A stretch of 64,000 nucleotides of DNA. Source: a virus. Its lineage: Duplodnaviria; Heunggongvirae; Uroviricota; Caudoviricetes. The translations under genes were made by a program, and so were the position numbers. This document shows positions 11,621 to 21,027 of this stretch, in pieces (the stretch's first letter is position 1; each line of letters opens with the position of its first letter). Under the pieces are notes generated by a model that ran no database searches, was not told where the DNA came from, and saw only the letters and a list, made by a program, of their open reading frames with translations. The stretch is taken from IMG/VR virus record IMGVR_UViG_3300046516_000964, one strand, 5' to 3'.

Positions 11621-12258
11621 TGAGATCCGTTCGTGAGATGGAGCCAGTCACCGATGATCTCAACCCCGGATGACTGCAGGCCGTAGTCGTCTGGCTCGCG
11701 GATAAACCTGTAGCCGTGCTCCATCGGCCACATGTTCTCCCACACCTCGTGTTCGAACAACGGCCAGTTCGCTGAGCCACAGTCCCCGTCGTCTCGTTTG
11801 TCTATCCCCCTGATCCCGTCGAAGTTCGGGCGACGACCATCAAGCCAGGAGCGGCTGAAGAAACAGAACCCGGGCCATAGGTAGAGAGCTCCGGTGGGAG
11901 CGTGACGCTGCCCGATCCCGTAGAACCCTGTTTTCTCGATCTTCTCGATCAGGGTTGTCTCCTGTCGAGGGAAAATGTCGTGGTCGAGGAACCCGAAGAA
12001 CTCGGCATCGGTGCTGTCGAGCGCGTGTTCACACGCGAAATCGAGAGCTTCGCTGTGGAGGTGATCCTCGGAAGGTGAGCGCATGTACCCCATCTGGCTC
12101 CCCTGGCAGATCAGCTCCATTTCTGGGACCGCCTCCGGTGTGTTGTCGATGACGGTGACCCCAGCGCTGTCACGCAGGTTCTTCCTGATCAGCCTGATCT
12201 GATGCCTAAGCAGGTCGGGGCGTCCGAACGCGACTATGTAGAGGTCGATTGAGGCCAC
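11554..12258 (-). CDS. Putative glycosyltransferase (GT-A-like)
   Basis: IDLYIVAFGRP...VTVIDNTPE N-terminal beta-alpha motif as in the neighbouring glycosyltransferases. Confidence 0.5.
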   Translation of the reverse strand: MASIDLYIVAFGRPDLLRHQIRLIRKNLRDSAGVTVIDNTPEAVPEMELICQGSQMGYMRSPSEDHLHSEALDFACEHALDSTDAEFFGFLDHDIFPRQETTLIEKIEKTGFYGIGQRHAPTGALYLWPGFCFFSRSWLDGRRPNFDGIRGIDKRDDGDCGSANWPLFEHEVWENMWPMEHGYRFIREPDDYGLQSSGVEIIGDWLHLTNGSHWMQVPDPEERDRLTAEMIAAL

Positions 12259-12803
12259 AACCTCACCAGTCCGTGTTCGCTCGGGGCTTCACGCATGTCG
12301 TAGCCTCCGCAATGCTTCAGGTAGTTGCGTACCGCAGTGCTCGCCTCGCTGATCCCGGCGCCAGCATCATGGATGAGGATGACAGCATGCTTGCGGCGCT
12401 CGCGGAGAGCAACCAGGTTGTCGTAGGTGTCCTGGTAGACGTGGTGGTCGTCGATCAGGATGAGTGGACGTTCTTTGCCGTGAGTGAGCGCCATCGTGAT
12501 CGTAAGCCCGTTCCCGTGGTGGAGAGTGATATCGAGGCCCTCAAGCAGGGGCGGTGTCCCCTGGTCAGCGTTCTCGATCGAATGCACCGGGCATGGGCTC
12601 AATGTGGACGCCTCGTAGAGGAGCCGGGCACTGTTACCTGCGTTTGTCCCCCACTCGCAAATGATGTCGGGTCGCAACCTAACGACGGTGTCGCAGACAA
12701 GCTGGACGTGGTCGTGCGGGAACCCGTTCAGGCGGAGCTCGTCGATCCTGTCGATCGCCTGATTAGCGGTCTCCACGCTGCTCCTTGGTTTTGTCAAGCG
12801 CAA
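12234..12803 (-). CDS. SAM-dependent O-methyltransferase (TylF/MycF / CmcI-like)
   Basis: ICEWGTNAGNSARLL (SAM motif I, ExGxxxGxS) and LILIDDHHVYQDTYDNL, as in sugar O-methyltransferases. Confidence 0.55.
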   Translation of the reverse strand: MRLTKPRSSVETANQAIDRIDELRLNGFPHDHVQLVCDTVVRLRPDIICEWGTNAGNSARLLYEASTLSPCPVHSIENADQGTPPLLEGLDITLHHGNGLTITMALTHGKERPLILIDDHHVYQDTYDNLVALRERRKHAVILIHDAGAGISEASTAVRNYLKHCGGYDMREAPSEHGLVRLWPQSTST

Positions 12804-13416
12804 CTAGCCGGCGCTCATATTTCTTCTCCCACTGGGTGAGATACCACGTGTCGTCGTCCGGGTAGCAGTAGCTGGGATCGAGCACGACTTCGGGCAGGTT
12901 GTGCGCGAAGCAGGCGTTCAGTGCGGACTCGTCATGCCACACCGGTGTGCGCCCTCTCTTGACGTCGTGGTCGATGAACTTCGCGATTAGCGTGGAGAGG
13001 GACCGCATCGCAAGCGAACACCCGCCAACGAAACCACCGCAGAAGTAGCGTTCGCCTTTCGCAACCCGAGTCCACATTCCTTCCCTGGTCTCATAGGGAA
13101 AGTCGGTGCGATTGACGTAACCGGGATGAAGAGTCGCGGTGCAACCATGCTTGGGGAGAATCTCGGGCCCGACTTCAGCTTCGAACAGCATGTCGGCGTC
13201 GCTGAGAAACACGTAGTCGGTTTCCGGGTAGTTCTTGATCAGATGGTGATGTCGGTACATGGTCGCCGCCGGCCAACCAGGACTCCCGTACAACATCAGG
13301 AGCTCGACTGTTTCCGTGGGGTGGAAGAACTTCTCGGCTGAACTGAAAAGACTCTCGGCGAAATTCTCGTACGCGGAGCCACTGACGACACACACGAGGG
13401 TCGTTGTCTCAGCCAT
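12763..13416 (-). CDS. Putative nucleotide-sugar glycosyltransferase (GT-A fold)
   Basis: VCVVSGSAYENF... and YVFLSDADMLF (DXD). Confidence 0.5.
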   Translation of the reverse strand: MAETTTLVCVVSGSAYENFAESLFSSAEKFFHPTETVELLMLYGSPGWPAATMYRHHHLIKNYPETDYVFLSDADMLFEAEVGPEILPKHGCTATLHPGYVNRTDFPYETREGMWTRVAKGERYFCGGFVGGCSLAMRSLSTLIAKFIDHDVKRGRTPVWHDESALNACFAHNLPEVVLDPSYCYPDDDTWYLTQWEKKYERRLVALDKTKEQRGDR

Positions 13417-14308
13417 CCCTTCCCTCCGCGAGCGCGAACTCGATCGTGTTCAGCGACTCCCTGTAGGTGAACTCCGCCGTGATTTTCTGCTGAGCCCTGA
13501 CACGGTCGAGGAAATCGTTGTGACGGACTGACAGAGCCTGGGAGAGCATCTCTGACACGTCGGTGGTGGCGCTCGGATCATCGAACAACGCGTTGACGAC
13601 CTTGCTGTTTGAGAACACGAGCGTCCCGTAAGCAGAGTTCTTGAACGCCCGGCAGGGGATGTAGTCGTGGTCGCACTGCCACTGACCGACCACGGTTGGG
13701 GCGAGTCTCGCCCCACGGATCGCGTCGATCATTTCCCGCTCGCTGATCTGAGTGAGATGCTTGAACGTGAGCCCATTCTCCTTGCACGCAGCACGGAGCT
13801 CCCTGATCGCGTCCTCGTTCCCCATCTCGACCCCGCTGTGCTGGTCCGACCAGATGGCCCCGACGAACACAACCTCGCGACTCATCGAGCTGAACGTTGG
13901 GTCTTCGAACTCCTCGGCGAGAAGATCAACACCCCAGGGCTGAAACAGGGTTCTCGCCTCCCTGTCGAGCTTTCGGTACGGGGCGATCATCTCCCCGGTC
14001 GCGTCGTTCGTCCACACTTGCAACCGAAGGAGACGCTCGGGTGTCTCTTGGAGCGACTGGCAGAGAGGGTGGTCCCCGGAGAAGTTGTGGAGAACGTAAT
14101 CCACGTTGGGCACGTAGGGAATGTGTTGCCCATAGATGTCGGCTGAGATGACCGTGTCTCCGGCCTGAATGGTGTCGAGAGGGTCTGGTGCGTCGGGCAA
14201 CCACCTGACGGTGACCCCCATTTTCCGGGCGGCGTTCACGAAGCCGAAGTGGATCCAGCGATGGCTTTCAGCCCCCCTGGTCCCGCCCCACACGATCAAC
14301 CTGTCCAT
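13409..14308 (-). CDS. Hypothetical protein in the glycosylation island (possible GT-B-like C-terminal domain)
   Basis: 299-aa ORF with coding-type GC3 bias, embedded among glycosyltransferase genes. Confidence 0.45.
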   Translation of the reverse strand: MDRLIVWGGTRGAESHRWIHFGFVNAARKMGVTVRWLPDAPDPLDTIQAGDTVISADIYGQHIPYVPNVDYVLHNFSGDHPLCQSLQETPERLLRLQVWTNDATGEMIAPYRKLDREARTLFQPWGVDLLAEEFEDPTFSSMSREVVFVGAIWSDQHSGVEMGNEDAIRELRAACKENGLTFKHLTQISEREMIDAIRGARLAPTVVGQWQCDHDYIPCRAFKNSAYGTLVFSNSKVVNALFDDPSATTDVSEMLSQALSVRHNDFLDRVRAQQKITAEFTYRESLNTIEFALAEGRDG

Positions 14309-14592
14309 GGCGTCACCCCCGATCGTCTAAAGAGATCCTCGGCGCGAGCAATAAACGTGCGGAGAGGGAGATCGCATTCGTCTTCCGCAAACGGGAGAGC
14401 CTCCACCAGCCCCTGCTGGAGTTCCCAGATGATGTCGATCAGGTCGTCTTCACGCTCCTTCGCTTGCGCCCGAGTTTGTTCGAGCTCGGTCGTGAGTCTC
14501 AATCGTGTCTGGTGTTCCCTCTCAGCGTTCTCCAACCGCTCTGACTCGTAACTTGTTACGAGGTTTCTCATCTGTTGACGAAGATCATTCAC
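14296..14592 (-). CDS. Hypothetical coiled-coil protein
   Basis: 98-aa ORF that fills a gap in the operon; GTG start; contains a palindrome copy read in frame as LVTSYE. Confidence 0.35.
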   Translation of the reverse strand: MNDLRQQMRNLVTSYESERLENAEREHQTRLRLTTELEQTRAQAKEREDDLIDIIWELQQGLVEALPFAEDECDLPLRTFIARAEDLFRRSGVTPWTG

Positions 14593-15497
14593 GCGAAGCA
14601 GAGAGGGAGCTCGACATGGGCAGCGTTGATCCCCTCATGCTCGGGGAGAACAAGTCGTTTTCCTTCCATGTACTCCCTGTTGAGAGTGGTTGTGAGGACT
14701 GGGTGCGTTTCGCCGTTACGGTTCGGAAACCCGTCCTGAACAACGTTGATGGGGACACCGGTGATTAGGCTTCTCTCGTAGGACGCCATCATCGGATGAG
14801 TGTCATCACGCCCGAAGCATCGGTTTGTGAACGTGTCCTCAAGCCTGTTGGGCCCGGTGTAGTCCCGGCCTGCGAGTAGCTCTATCACTTGGTGGCGCCG
14901 GAACACGTGCCCGTCGAGGGAGCCCGGGTAACCCCAGTCGCCCATCGCGTTCGGCCACGACCACATGATCGTGTCGCGGAACCGCTCATGAATGATCGGC
15001 TGTTGCTGCTCGCAATCGTGCGGGTAACAGAACGTGGTGTTGTATCCAAGCCTGAGACTGAAACAGAGAATCTCCGGTGACTCTTGCAAAAGAACCTGTG
15101 GGGCCGGGTAGTCGTTGTATTCGCGCATGACGATGTCGTCGTCGCAGAGAAAGGAGACGAACGGCTCACTCGTTTTGTCGAGCATGTCTCCCACCTGTGT
15201 TTGGAAGCTGTGCTCATACCGGAACCCAACCTCCGTCCATTCGTTGATGAGCTGCTGGTATCCGTGCATGTAGTCGCTGTTGGTGGCGACCCAAAGCACC
15301 TCGATGCTGCTGAACAGCTTGGGTGCGCGCTCACGGATTGATCGGAGCAGCAGGTCCAGTTGTGCCGCGCGGTTGCGGCTGAACACGATCGCGCTGATCA
15401 AGGAGAACCATCCTCTCGTGGAGCTCATGGATTTTCTGGTGGTGCGCTTCCATCTTCTGGAGCCAAGCTCGGCCTTTCCAGAAGTAGAGCGCAACAC
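14589..15497 (-). CDS. Putative glycosyltransferase (GT-A); true start probably near 15428
   Basis: WFSLISAIVFSRNRAAQ...CDDDIV (DXD); the N-terminal 23 aa of the listed ORF are Arg-rich and unlikely to be coding. Confidence 0.5.
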   Translation of the reverse strand: MLRSTSGKAELGSRRWKRTTRKSMSSTRGWFSLISAIVFSRNRAAQLDLLLRSIRERAPKLFSSIEVLWVATNSDYMHGYQQLINEWTEVGFRYEHSFQTQVGDMLDKTSEPFVSFLCDDDIVMREYNDYPAPQVLLQESPEILCFSLRLGYNTTFCYPHDCEQQQPIIHERFRDTIMWSWPNAMGDWGYPGSLDGHVFRRHQVIELLAGRDYTGPNRLEDTFTNRCFGRDDTHPMMASYERSLITGVPINVVQDGFPNRNGETHPVLTTTLNREYMEGKRLVLPEHEGINAAHVELPLCFA

Positions 15498-15591
15498 CGA
15501 CCATAACGGACGCGAGGATGTTTGAATAGACCCCTCCGTCGGGCCAGTGGAACATGGTGTGCCAGAAGCTCATCGTTTGGGGCGTTCCCAC
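15331..15591 (-). CDS. Hypothetical small membrane protein
   Basis: One predicted TM helix (ILASVMVGVALYFW); overlaps the neighbouring gene, so weak. Confidence 0.25.
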   Translation of the reverse strand: MGTPQTMSFWHTMFHWPDGGVYSNILASVMVGVALYFWKGRAWLQKMEAHHQKIHELHERMVLLDQRDRVQPQPRGTTGPAAPINP

Positions 15592-15776
15592 CCAACCATG
15601 GCAGCGAGGCGCTCGTGGGTTGTTGGTGGGAGCAGGTAGTTGTCGAGGATCTCCTCGATCTCCGAGAGGAGAGCACGGAAAGCAACGGAAGCCTCCGTGT
15701 CCTCGAAGGGGAGGTTCCCGTCGAGGCGAGCGAGCTCATCAGCGACGCTCACCCGGGTAGTGCTTCCTGGTCCCAT
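15570..15776 (-). CDS. Hypothetical small acidic protein
   Basis: 68-aa ORF that fills a gap in the operon. Confidence 0.25.
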   Translation of the reverse strand: MGPGSTTRVSVADELARLDGNLPFEDTEASVAFRALLSEIEEILDNYLLPPTTHERLAAMVGWERPKR

Positions 15777-16045
15777 TCGATCAGGTCGTGCTCCCAGAGC
15801 TTCCGAACGACCCCGTTGTGCATGACCTCGAACACTCGCTCGGGCGGGAGAGCCGGGTTCAGCTTGTCGAGCGTTTTCACGACGTCACGGGGGTTCGCGA
15901 GGATAGTGGTCCCGTCGCGAAGCTTAAACCGGTATCGGTAGTCAGGCTGCGGGAACCGCATCGGGTTGGATAATCGCAATGGTTTCGGACGCCCACACCG
16001 GTTCACCGAGTTCCGAGTACAGGGCTTGAGCGTAGTCGAGATCAC
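15749..16045 (-). CDS. Hypothetical protein (start probably near 15960)
   Basis: The C-terminal 70 aa look protein-like (MRFPQPDYRYRFKLRDGTTILANPRDVVKTL...). Confidence 0.3.
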   Translation of the reverse strand: MISTTLKPCTRNSVNRCGRPKPLRLSNPMRFPQPDYRYRFKLRDGTTILANPRDVVKTLDKLNPALPPERVFEVMHNGVVRKLWEHDLIEWDQEALPG

Positions 16046-16541
16046 CGGAGTAGTGGTGTCCGAACCTGGCTTGCGTCCACGGGGCGAAGATCATGGGGGT
16101 ACCGATGTTCCCCCACCGGATCTGGTGACTGTTTGGGAGGGTGAGCCCAGAGGCTGGGTGGCCGGCGCCGAAGTGCATCCGGAAGATCGTCCACGGGTCT
16201 CCCATGTGATCGCGCATCGCCGGGATCGCCCCGAGTGCCGCAATGTCGTCATCGTCGATCGTCCACACATGTGTGGTCTCGACATGGTGTTCTAATGCCT
16301 TGTTCCTTAAGGGGTGGCCCCAGTGTCCGAGAGGTTCTTTCCGCTCCAGGTACCTGACCCCTGTGTTGGTACCAAGAGCGAAGGAGCTCGCAACGTTCCG
16401 AGCGCTGTGGCTTGGTCCGTCCGCGAGCACGATCACGTCGTCGGCTGCCGTAAGGTCATAGATGAACGAGCGAATCGTGTCAGCGAGGGCCACCCGTCCG
16501 ATGGTGGGGATGATCACAGTGATTCCCTCGCGCAAGCTCAC
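15942..16541 (-). CDS. Glycosyltransferase (GT2-like)
   Basis: ITVIIPTIGRVALADTIRSFIYDL...DDVIVLADGPS. Confidence 0.6.
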   Translation of the reverse strand: MSLREGITVIIPTIGRVALADTIRSFIYDLTAADDVIVLADGPSHSARNVASSFALGTNTGVRYLERKEPLGHWGHPLRNKALEHHVETTHVWTIDDDDIAALGAIPAMRDHMGDPWTIFRMHFGAGHPASGLTLPNSHQIRWGNIGTPMIFAPWTQARFGHHYSGDLDYAQALYSELGEPVWASETIAIIQPDAVPAA

Positions 16542-17065
16542 CTTGTGGGAACTTTCATCATCACGGTCGGGTCAGCGCCCTCCTGGAGTTGCTTGCGAGG
16601 GTTTAGATGCTCAACAGGGGGAAGATGGACGTGTGGCTGCTCACCGCGCGCAGCGAGTATATGCCGCATGAGAACCACGTCCTGCTGCTGCCACCCGACA
16701 CGAGAGGACTGGACGTAGTGCATCGCGTCCTGATGACGTTCAAGGATGGGTGCACGGAACCATGTGCATCCGAGGGCGGGCCCGACGTTGGTAAGCCACG
16801 AGTACGGGTAGCAACCGTAGTCGCATCCACAGGACTGGACGGCTTCGACAACGTCCTCCCGGATCACGATGTCGGGTTCGACGATCCAGAAGTCCTCACC
16901 GACAGCCCAGTAGGCGGTGAGGATACGCGTGTAGTGGGTGGGATCTCGTTTATCGATCAGGTGGGTGTGCCATTCGCCCGACCAGTGCCGCTCGATTGAC
17001 TGTTTCGTGTCGATGTGAATGACACCGGTGTGGCAGGTGACGATCTTCACCCGCCGCCAGACCAC
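16538..17065 (-). CDS. Hypothetical protein in the glycosylation island
   Basis: 175-aa ORF immediately after the terminase gene with a 19-nt overlap. Confidence 0.4.
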   Translation of the reverse strand: MVWRRVKIVTCHTGVIHIDTKQSIERHWSGEWHTHLIDKRDPTHYTRILTAYWAVGEDFWIVEPDIVIREDVVEAVQSCGCDYGCYPYSWLTNVGPALGCTWFRAPILERHQDAMHYVQSSRVGWQQQDVVLMRHILAARGEQPHVHLPPVEHLNPRKQLQEGADPTVMMKVPTR

Positions 17066-18507
17066 CGGTTAGAACCAGCCCCGCCACCGCCGATCACGAC
17101 AGGAAGAGCTGCCTGTGGCAGGTCCTGGTCTTTCTGCTCGGAAAGAACCGGGTTCTTGGGTTTCGTGTGGATCCTCCACGCCTCCGCCCCGTCCACGTCT
17201 GAGTGCCAGGGGGTTCCGTCGGCGGGGAGCGCAACCGGATCCATTTTTGCTGTTCTCCGCCACGGCATCCGTTTCACGGCGAGCGCCAATGCCATCGCGA
17301 GGTCGTCGGATCCGGACGGGACCTCGTAGCGGACACCCTTGATGCTGTAGGTGAACTCGAACGATTCGAGCTCCTCGCGGAGGGAGCCTTTCCCGTCGCT
17401 TGTCCGTAGGTCGGGAAAACGGATGCTTCCCTCCTGAATCGCGAGCGCTAGTCCTTCGAGGAGATCCTGCCGGCTCCGATCGGTAAACGTGTAGCCGAGG
17501 ACGCGCATGTCACCGCGGCGCTGGAGGTCCTCAACGAGGGCATCGCCGGTGCCGGTCGAGTCGATCAGGCACATGGTCCGTTTCACCCGTTTCGTGACTT
17601 CGGTCATGGTTTCTCGGTGCGGCTTGCGGAACCGATCAACGTGGGTGGCGTTCCCTTTCCTGTCCAAGCAGACGATCGCGGTCCAGTCACGTGACTCAGC
17701 GTCACCAACTTTCTCGATGTTGATCGCTCCGCGCCCCGCAAGGTCGACGCCGGCAGCGAGAGCCATTTCCTCTGAGTAACCTGTTACGCCCTCGCAGCAG
17801 GAGGCGATCGCCGCGATTCCGAACGGGTTGGTGCCGTCGTCGAGCGCTTCCGCCATGTACAGCTGCCGGAACACTTCCTCCTGTCCGAGGCGGTCGAAGT
17901 CCCGTTTCGCGGATTCGATCTCGCCACGGTCGAGAACACCAGCCTGAACAGCGTCCCAAGCTGTAAGACGGTGAAACGCCATGTTGTCGGCGCCGGATTC
18001 AGCGAGACGGGAAAGGCGGTAAAACCAGTTTTTGCGCCCTCGCACGTTCCCGATGATCCTTACGGGCCCCTGTGTGTAGGTGAGGGTGGAACGAACAGCG
18101 TGCCATGATTCCTCGCGCATGCGGGAGGCTTCGTCGAGAACAGCCCCGTACACATCCTCGCCGTAAAGGTCGTCAGGGCGCTCCCCGGATTTGAACCAGA
18201 TGCGGGTCCCGTTCGGCATGGTGATGTACATGCTCGACTGGTTGCGTTTGCACATCGTTTTGATGGGTGTGACCATCGCCCAGCAGCGACGGAACGCGAT
18301 CTCCGCCTGCCCGAACACGGGGGCAACCCACCAGTAGTTCCAACCCGACCGTCCTTTCAGTGACTGCTCGACGATCCAGGCGAGACACCCAACGGTTTTC
18401 CCGGCTTTGGTGGACGCCTCAATGCAGCTGATCCGGTTTTCGTCGTAGATCGCCGCGCGCTGTTTCGGGTAGAGGGGAGCACCTTCGAAACGGATGGTGC
18501 GGGCCAC
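17047..18507 (-). CDS. Terminase large subunit
   Basis: 486 aa; Walker A-like IEASTKAGKTVG near the N-terminus; GTG start; first gene of the minus-strand late operon. Confidence 0.85.
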   Translation of the reverse strand: MARTIRFEGAPLYPKQRAAIYDENRISCIEASTKAGKTVGCLAWIVEQSLKGRSGWNYWWVAPVFGQAEIAFRRCWAMVTPIKTMCKRNQSSMYITMPNGTRIWFKSGERPDDLYGEDVYGAVLDEASRMREESWHAVRSTLTYTQGPVRIIGNVRGRKNWFYRLSRLAESGADNMAFHRLTAWDAVQAGVLDRGEIESAKRDFDRLGQEEVFRQLYMAEALDDGTNPFGIAAIASCCEGVTGYSEEMALAAGVDLAGRGAINIEKVGDAESRDWTAIVCLDRKGNATHVDRFRKPHRETMTEVTKRVKRTMCLIDSTGTGDALVEDLQRRGDMRVLGYTFTDRSRQDLLEGLALAIQEGSIRFPDLRTSDGKGSLREELESFEFTYSIKGVRYEVPSGSDDLAMALALAVKRMPWRRTAKMDPVALPADGTPWHSDVDGAEAWRIHTKPKNPVLSEQKDQDLPQAALPVVIGGGGAGSNRWSGGG

Positions 18508-18526
18508 GCGCGGGAGCGTAGCACGC

Positions 18527-18560
18527 CCTAGACACTCCTACCCGTTGGTTGGTATACTTA
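18527..18560 (+). promoter_or_regulatory. SigA-like promoter P1
   Basis: -35 TAGACA (18529-18534), 18-nt spacer, extended -10 tgGTATACT (18553-18558). It is one of four near-identical copies. Confidence 0.5.
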
Positions 18561-18641
18561 TAGTGTGGGTTGATGGGCATGGTGCCTCGGGAGATCCGGG
18601 GACGGGCCGTCGGGTGCTCGTTGAAACAAACCTCACCCACA

Positions 18642-18655
18642 CGTAACTTGTTACG
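18642..18655. repeat. Palindrome CGTAACTTGTTACG
   Basis: Lies in the P1 leader, 20 nt upstream of the ATG at 18676; followed by an RBS, GAGAGGAGGG. Confidence 0.6.
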
Positions 18656-18675
18656 GAATCTATGAGAGGAGGGCC

Positions 18676-18930
18676 ATGAGCGCAGCCGACCCGCATACCA
18701 CTACTTCGCTGAGCGCCCGTGGGCTGCTTCTGCGAATCCACCGCGACGATCAGGGTCAGGGCTTCATCGCTGCCGACGTAACAGGACTGCGATACGGCTT
18801 CGGAGACTCTCTACGCGAGGCGGTCAATGCGTGGGTCGATCAGTTGGACGACATTCTCGAGATGCCGGAGTCGGAGTTGGGCGAGCCGTTGCGGTCAGAA
18901 GTCGCGGCGTACAGAAGGGCGCTGGCGTGA
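18676..18930 (+). CDS. Hypothetical protein (HicB-like fold possible)
   Basis: 84 aa; strong RBS; first gene downstream of P1. Confidence 0.45.
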   Translation: MSAADPHTTTSLSARGLLLRIHRDDQGQGFIAADVTGLRYGFGDSLREAVNAWVDQLDDILEMPESELGEPLRSEVAAYRRALA

Positions 18931-19520
18931 GCGCAGCCGACCACGAGGCAGCTATCCGCGAGGCGCTCGGCACAGCTAACGACGATTGCGAGCCAATCGA
19001 CACGCCGTTGTACGTGGCCGCCCTCGCCGCTCTTGACGCCCTGGTGGGGCTGCTACAGCAGGCCGAGCAGGCGGCGGGGGCGGAGGCGCAGTTGGCGGAC
19101 GAGTCGCAGCGGTTCGCACGAGAGCAGCGGGCGCGGGCTGAGCGGGCCGAGCAGGACGCAGTGAAGTGGCAGGAGTACGGGCTAAAGATGAGCGACACGG
19201 CGGGCGTGCTCGAAGAAGCACTCCGCGAGATCGCCGAGCTTGATTACGACCGGCACGGGCTACGGCAAGTCGCCGATGCTGCGTACGAGATAGCGCGGGC
19301 GGCGCTTGCCGCTGCTGCTGCCCCGCCCGAGGCGGAAGGTCTTGGCGGCATCGCGCCGTTCCTACCGATGGTTGTCGATATGGCGGCCCCGCCCAAGGAG
19401 GTGAGCGAGCCGCCAGCCGAAGTCTCTGGACGCGACGACCAGCGCGTTGGTCAACCAGACAAAGTAAGCGGCGGCTCGCTGACTTCCCCGGCTGCTGCCC
19501 CGCCGAGCGAGACGCCATGA
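18927..19520 (+). CDS. Hypothetical Ala/Glu-rich protein
   Basis: GTG start in a GTGA overlap with the upstream stop; the listed ORF begins at 18831. Confidence 0.45.
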   Translation: MSAADHEAAIREALGTANDDCEPIDTPLYVAALAALDALVGLLQQAEQAAGAEAQLADESQRFAREQRARAERAEQDAVKWQEYGLKMSDTAGVLEEALREIAELDYDRHGLRQVADAAYEIARAALAAAAAPPEAEGLGGIAPFLPMVVDMAAPPKEVSEPPAEVSGRDDQRVGQPDKVSGGSLTSPAAAPPSETP

Positions 19521-19529
19521 AGTGTTGTT

Positions 19530-19543
19530 CGTAACACGTTACG
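19530..19543. repeat. Palindrome CGTAACACGTTACG
   Basis: 22 nt upstream of the ATG at 19566, before the RBS AGAGGAG. Confidence 0.6.
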
Positions 19544-19565
19544 TCTAGCGAGAGGAGATGTTCGA

Positions 19566-20063
19566 ATGGATCCAATGTTGGAAGTGAGGGTGTTGGAGGC
19601 CGCGGTCGCCTGGTTCGAGGAGGACGAGTCCCATTACACCCCGGAGGTGTATCTACGGACGGAGAGCGGGGACGAGACGCCGGGTCGCGAGGTGGTGGCG
19701 GCGTGCGCGATCGGCGGGGTGGAGCAGGCGGTGTGGATGGTGACCGGGAAGAGCGTGATCGCGGAGCGCTCACGGCTCGCGTACATCGGCAAGGGCGGGG
19801 AGGAGCGCCAGACCCCGGGGGACGCGGACACGCTAAACGAGCAGCACGAGGTGTACTGGCGGGTGATGCGCCGGCTGAACCTGGAAGCGGTCTCGCAGAG
19901 GAAGGAAGGGGTGTTCGCTGAGTTCGAGGATGAGGGTTACGAGATCAACGACGTGGAGGACGTGACGGAGCTCGGGGACCATTCGCGCGAGCTGATGCTG
20001 GACGTGTTCCGAGCGGCGCTTGCGCAGGCAAAGGCCGCAACAAGAAACCTGGTGTCGGCGTGA
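19566..20063 (+). CDS. Hypothetical protein
   Basis: 165 aa; RBS AGAGGAG. Confidence 0.55.
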   Translation: MDPMLEVRVLEAAVAWFEEDESHYTPEVYLRTESGDETPGREVVAACAIGGVEQAVWMVTGKSVIAERSRLAYIGKGGEERQTPGDADTLNEQHEVYWRVMRRLNLEAVSQRKEGVFAEFEDEGYEINDVEDVTELGDHSRELMLDVFRAALAQAKAATRNLVSA

Positions 20064-20287
20064 GAACCTATTACGCGACCGGTGAGGCGTCGGGGTTCAG
20101 CCTCGGCTTGTTCGGGACCCTGGTGTTCGGCCCGTTTCTGCTTCTCGGCTGGTTGTTCACGCTGCCGTTCCGGTTGGGGCGGAGCAGGGAGCTTCCGGTG
20201 CTGGTGGTTGATCACCGCTATCAGCGGGAGATCGATCCGGCGCAGCTGGAGTTCTGGCGGGAGTACTTCGAGCGGGAGGGACGGTGA
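20060..20287 (+). CDS. Hypothetical membrane protein
   Basis: 75 aa with two hydrophobic helices; 4-nt overlap with the upstream gene. Confidence 0.5.
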   Translation: MRTYYATGEASGFSLGLFGTLVFGPFLLLGWLFTLPFRLGRSRELPVLVVDHRYQREIDPAQLEFWREYFEREGR

Positions 20288-20904
20288 TGGCTAAAAAACG
20301 GATCTTGGAGTTCGTGCGTGAGCGCGGCAACCGTGTGGTGTCCGGGAACGGCGGGCGGGGGATGTGGGCTTTCATTGGGGCCGCGGACGGCTACCGGTTG
20401 GACGTTGTTCCGGAAGCGACACCGCTCGTGGGGTTCCGGGCGTGGTCGTGTGACACGAACGGCACGTTGAAGGCGGTGACGATGCATTGGCCGTGGGACC
20501 GTGACGGAAGACCGGCGTCGTGTATGAGCGTTCAGACCCGCCATCGAATGAAGAAGCTGCTTTACTCGTATTCAGGGGAACTGGAGGAGCTGGGGGAGCA
20601 TGGTGAGTCGCCGTGCCCGGAGTGCGGTTGCGGGTTTTGGGCGTTCCGTGAGCCGATCATGGACCGGTATCAGCGTTCGATGTTGATGGACTGGGCCAGC
20701 CAGAACGGCCAGTTTTTCGTGACCGGTCAGGTGGAGCTGTGGGGACGGGTGGTGTCGCACTCGGACGGGTTCCGGGCGCAGTTCGCGCGCCCGGCGGGTG
20801 AGCTCACGATCGAGAAGGCCTCTAGTTACGTTAGTAACGTGGAGCAGTTCGTGGTGGATGCGTTGGAGCGGAGATACGGTTTGGTGGTGTCCACCAAGTT
20901 TTAG
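20284..20904 (+). CDS. Hypothetical Cys-motif protein (paralogue A)
   Basis: CPECGCGFWAFREP...VELWGRVVSHSDGFRAQFARP; paralogous to the gene at 21143..21859. Confidence 0.55.
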   Translation: MMAKKRILEFVRERGNRVVSGNGGRGMWAFIGAADGYRLDVVPEATPLVGFRAWSCDTNGTLKAVTMHWPWDRDGRPASCMSVQTRHRMKKLLYSYSGELEELGEHGESPCPECGCGFWAFREPIMDRYQRSMLMDWASQNGQFFVTGQVELWGRVVSHSDGFRAQFARPAGELTIEKASSYVSNVEQFVVDALERRYGLVVSTKF

Positions 20905-21004
20905 AGCTGTGGCGGCTGACCAGGGTTGAGCCTCAACCTCCTCCCCTGGTTTGCTTGGCTAGGCGTCCCCGAGGGTGGGCGTGCCACGAAAAACCCTCGC
21001 TAAC

Positions 21005-21018
21005 CGTAACGTGTTACG
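21005..21018. repeat. Palindrome CGTAACGTGTTACG
   Basis: 9 nt upstream of the ATG at 21028. Confidence 0.55.
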
Positions 21019-21027
21019 ACTGAAAGG

